Below, piece after piece: positions 29,749 through 32,000 of a stretch of 32,000 nucleotides of DNA. Source of the DNA: Mycoplasmatota bacterium (GTDB lineage: Bacteria; Bacillota_I; Bacilli_A; Haloplasmatales; Haloplasmataceae); the NCBI GenBank assembly GCA_018394295.1, contig CP074573.1, forward strand, positions 2,886,543 through 2,918,542, in the 5' to 3' direction. The first letter of the stretch is position 1. The number at the start of each line of letters is the position of its first letter. The translations under genes and the position numbers were made by a program. Below the pieces are notes generated by a model that saw only the letters and a program-made list of their open reading frames with translations, was not told where the DNA came from and did not search any database.

Positions 29749-30606
29749 TTATTTTTTATTAGATTTCGAAGATTTAACTTCTGTATATTTCGCTTCTATT
29801 ACATCATTATCTTTATTTTTTTTAAATGGTTTTTTAACCAAAATTATTTGTAATGTTGAGTAAATGTTACCTACAATCCAATAGACTGATAGTGCTGATG
29901 CTTGAGAAAAAGAAAATACAAACATCATACCAGGCATTAACCACATCATCATCTTCATCGTAGGATTACTTTTAGCTTCAGCTGTTAATCCATACATTGA
30001 GATAAATTGAAGTAAGACAGCTGAGGTTGCAACTAATATTGGTAAAAAATAGAATGGACCTGGTTTTGATAAATCAAGACCCAAGAAACTTAATCTACTT
30101 GCTGTATAACCAAATGTTACAGGAACTTTAACAACGGCATTATACATTGCCAAGAATATTGGCATTTGTAAAAATGGCATGACACAACCTGCAAGCATAT
30201 TAACATTATTATCTTTATAAAGTTTCATCATTTCAATTTGTTGTTTATTACGAGACTCTGGATCTGTTTTACCAGCATATTTTTCATTAAGTTTTTTGAT
30301 TTCTGGTTGAATAGCTTGCATTTTAAGAGATGTATCATTAGACTTAGTATAAATTGGGAATAAAATCGTTCTAACAATAATTGTTGTTAATAGTATTGCA
30401 AGGGCAAAAGATCCTGTATTATCTGTTATAAAGTCTAATAACCAAGCAATTGGTTGAACAAAAACTCGATCCCAAAAATAATCATAATTTAAAGGGTAAA
30501 TCTCTTTCATATTTTTACCTTTATATACTTTTGCACATCCTGATAAATTAATTATCATCATGAAAGAAAAAGAAAGTAATAGGATTCTAGTAAATAACTT
30601 CTTCAT
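29749..30606 (-). CDS. yidC: Membrane protein insertase YidC/SpoIIIJ (lipoprotein type)
   Basis: 285-aa ORF. ATG sits 8 nt after GAGG. Signal peptide with lipobox LSGC, then 60-kDa-IMP core motifs (ILFPIY..K, MQ.IQPE...L, basic C-terminal tail). Confidence 0.93.
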   Translation of the reverse strand: MKKLFTRILLLSFSFMMIINLSGCAKVYKGKNMKEIYPLNYDYFWDRVFVQPIAWLLDFITDNTGSFALAILLTTIIVRTILFPIYTKSNDTSLKMQAIQPEIKKLNEKYAGKTDPESRNKQQIEMMKLYKDNNVNMLAGCVMPFLQMPIFLAMYNAVVKVPVTFGYTASRLSFLGLDLSKPGPFYFLPILVATSAVLLQFISMYGLTAEAKSNPTMKMMMWLMPGMMFVFSFSQASALSVYWIVGNIYSTLQIILVKKPFKKNKDNDVIEAKYTEVKSSKSNKK

Positions 30607-30616
30607 ATATTAAACC

Positions 30617-30955
30617 TCACTCTTTAATTAATTTCGATTTACTAAACACATTTAATAATTGCTTTTGTATTTCTAAATATTTTAGATTATTGACACTAGG
30701 TCTAACTATTATCAATATATCATAATTTTCAATAATTTCACTCTTTTTTTGATAAATTATGTCTTTTATTTGTCTTTTTATTTTATTTCGAACAACAGCA
30801 TTGCCGATTTTTTTTCCTATCGACACAACAAAACGGAAGTGTTCCATATTATTTTGTTTTTTATAAACAATAAAATACTTATTTGCAACTGATCTCTTAT
30901 CTAGAATAATCTTATGTATATAATAATTTTTCTTAATGATATACTTTTTTTTCAT
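30617..30955 (-). CDS. rnpA: Ribonuclease P protein component
   Basis: The track start is GTG 30973. ATG 30953-30955 behind GGTGA gives MKKKYIIKKN..., the usual RnpA N-terminus. The RNR motif VVRNKIKRQIK is present. 112 aa. Confidence 0.88.
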   Translation of the reverse strand: MKKKYIIKKNYYIHKIILDKRSVANKYFIVYKKQNNMEHFRFVVSIGKKIGNAVVRNKIKRQIKDIIYQKKSEIIENYDILIIVRPSVNNLKYLEIQKQLLNVFSKSKLIKE

Positions 30956-30988
30956 TCGTTTCACCAATTTCACGGTTGACGATTATCA

Positions 30989-31020
30989 AAAAGACCACTG
31001 TTTTAGTTTCAGTGGTCTTT
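30989..31020 (-). terminator. Hairpin after rpmH (terminator/attenuator before rnpA)
   Basis: Minus strand: AAAGACCACUG-AAACUAAAA-CAGUGGUCUUU followed by UUGAU. The stem overlaps the rpmH stop codon. Confidence 0.55.
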
Positions 31021-31153
31021 ATACTGCTAATCGTTCTCTACCTTTACTACGACGTCTTGCTAAAACTTTACGTCCGCCGTGTGTGGCCATACGAGCACGG
31101 AAACCATGAGTTTTACTACGTTTACGTTTATTTGGTTGATAAGTTCTTTTCAT
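31019..31153 (-). CDS. rpmH: 50S ribosomal protein L34
   Basis: Not in the ORF track (44 codons). Minus-strand ATG 31151-31153 sits behind GGAGGTG. Translation is [44 protein letters not shown], a textbook L34. Confidence 0.93.
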   Translation of the reverse strand: MKRTYQPNKRKRSKTHGFRARMATHGGRKVLARRRSKGRERLAV

Positions 31154-31190
31154 GATTATACACCTCCGATATAAGAACATATGCTAATAA

Positions 31191-31219
31191 ATTATACTGA
31201 ATATTTATTAAATTGTCAA
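31191..31219 (-). promoter_or_regulatory. Sigma-A promoter of rpmH-rnpA
   Basis: Minus strand: consensus TTGACA (31214-31219), exactly 17 nt, consensus TATAAT (31191-31196). Confidence 0.6.
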
Positions 31220-31251
31220 CCTTTTATTTGCCTTATATTAATGTTTTCCAA

Positions 31252-31456
31252 TTATTCACATTTATTTTTTTATCAACAATCTGTTCATAATCGATTCTGT
31301 GGAAAAGTTGATAAGTAAATTTATTTATGTTATAACAAATATATTTATCACACTATCTATGTTAATTCTTTTCTTTTTTGTTTAATTTTATACACACTTT
31401 GTGGAAAAGTTGTCCGATATTACCTTTTTTTTCATAAATTTATTTATTTTTCCACA
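31252..31456. other. oriC-type DnaA-box cluster in the rpmH-dnaA spacer
   Basis: Five one-mismatch boxes: TTATTCACA 31252-31260 (+), TGTGGAAAA 31298-31306 (-), TTATACACA 31388-31396 (+), TGTGGAAAA 31400-31408 (-), TTTTCCACA 31448-31456 (+). Embedded in very AT-rich DNA at the canonical location upstream of dnaA. Confidence 0.75.
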
Positions 31457-31477
31457 AAAAAATAGTAAAATTATACT
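31449..31477 (+). promoter_or_regulatory. Possible dnaA promoter overlapping a DnaA box
   Basis: TTTCCA (31449-31454), 17 nt, TATACT (31472-31477). The -35 element lies inside the 31448-31456 DnaA box, which would permit autoregulation. Weak hexamers. Confidence 0.3.
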
Positions 31478-31512
31478 GTATAGGTATTCATTATGAAGGA
31501 GGAAAATTTTTA

Positions 31513-32000
31513 ATGTATGAGCAATATCAAGAACTTTGGTTAAAAACGCTTGATCGTTTATCAATAGATTTTGATAAAACTGAATTTGAAGAAATATTTA
31601 AGCCTGTAAACAAGGTATACAAATTTCATAAAAATCTTATCTATGTGGTTGCTCCTTCTCAATTTCATAAATCTAGAATTGAATCATTTCATATAAAGCA
31701 TGTTGTTCGAGTTTTAAATGAACTGTCTCGAAATACTTTAGATACAGATGAAAATTTAGATGTTAAAATAATTACTAAGGATTACATCACAAATGACACA
31801 AATGTACCGATTAATGGTATAGATCCCAACATTAATAATTTATATCGACATAATTTAAAAGCAATATATACTTTTGAAAATTATGTCGTGGGACCAAATA
31901 ACCGATTTGCAAATTTAGTTTCTTTGCAAGTTGCAAATCAACCTGGTAAAGTAGCGAATCCACTCTATATATTTGGTGGAGTTGGATTAGGAAAAACACA
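31513..32000 (+). CDS. dnaA: Chromosomal replication initiator DnaA (N-terminal 162 codons; continues past the window)
   Basis: ATG 31513 sits behind AAGGAGGA. Reads [16 protein letters not shown]...[15 protein letters not shown]...[15 protein letters not shown], reaching the AAA+ Walker A at the window edge. Confidence 0.95.
   Translation, partial: MYEQYQELWLKTLDRLSIDFDKTEFEEIFKPVNKVYKFHKNLIYVVAPSQFHKSRIESFHIKHVVRVLNELSRNTLDTDENLDVKIITKDYITNDTNVPINGIDPNINNLYRHNLKAIYTFENYVVGPNNRFANLVSLQVANQPGKVANPLYIFGGVGLGKT

Noticed and set aside
1-32000. Search for CRISPR arrays, tandem repeats, IS ends, integrases, tRNA/rRNA genes, toxin-antitoxin or defence-type gene pairs, and code-4 (TGA=Trp) usage
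   Set aside because: None seen. All long ORFs are housekeeping genes with conserved origin-region synteny, TGA terminates mnmG and rnpA, and intergenic spacers are accounted for by promoters, terminators, the T-box and DnaA boxes.

Overview
Origin-of-replication-proximal chromosome segment of a very AT-rich, low-GC Gram-positive (Bacillota / Mollicute-like) genome using the standard code (TGA is a stop, e.g. at the end of mnmG). 31 protein genes are supported. 28 lie on the minus strand and point away from the dnaA/oriC locus at the right edge, so they are co-oriented with leftward replication. Right to left: dnaA (partial, +) | DnaA-box cluster | rpmH-rnpA-yidC-jag-mnmE | T-box(Asn)-rmuC-asnS | mnmG-rsmG-orphan membrane protein | noc-soj-spo0J-DUF951-ABC exporter | DUF1934-argS-rpoE | pyrG | fba | ZIP metal permease | FAD protein-purA | (plus strand) ECF S-component-like gene + DUF1893 gene | fhs-class V aminotransferase-folD-purB-truncated ORF. 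I see no rRNA/tRNA genes, CRISPR, IS/transposase, integrase, phage or recognisable defence/toxin genes. I find no convincing evidence for a new multi-gene system: this is a core housekeeping region with Bacillus-like synteny. The points worth a second look are mostly regulatory or single-gene. (1) An Asn-specifier T-box leader has rmuC, not asnS, as its first downstream cistron. (2) Perfect consensus DnaA boxes are built into two intergenic terminator hairpins far from oriC, while the rpmH-dnaA spacer carries only one-mismatch boxes. (3) A pyrG leader has the GGGC start and pyrimidine-rich terminator arm expected for CTP-sensing reiterative-transcription attenuation. (4) An orphan 6-TM protein with what looks like a degenerate HD-GYP-like tail is inserted between rsmG and noc. 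(5) An ECF-S-like/DUF1893 pair is the only head-on transcription unit. Several track ORFs have N-terminal over-extensions, which I corrected using Shine-Dalgarno placement.
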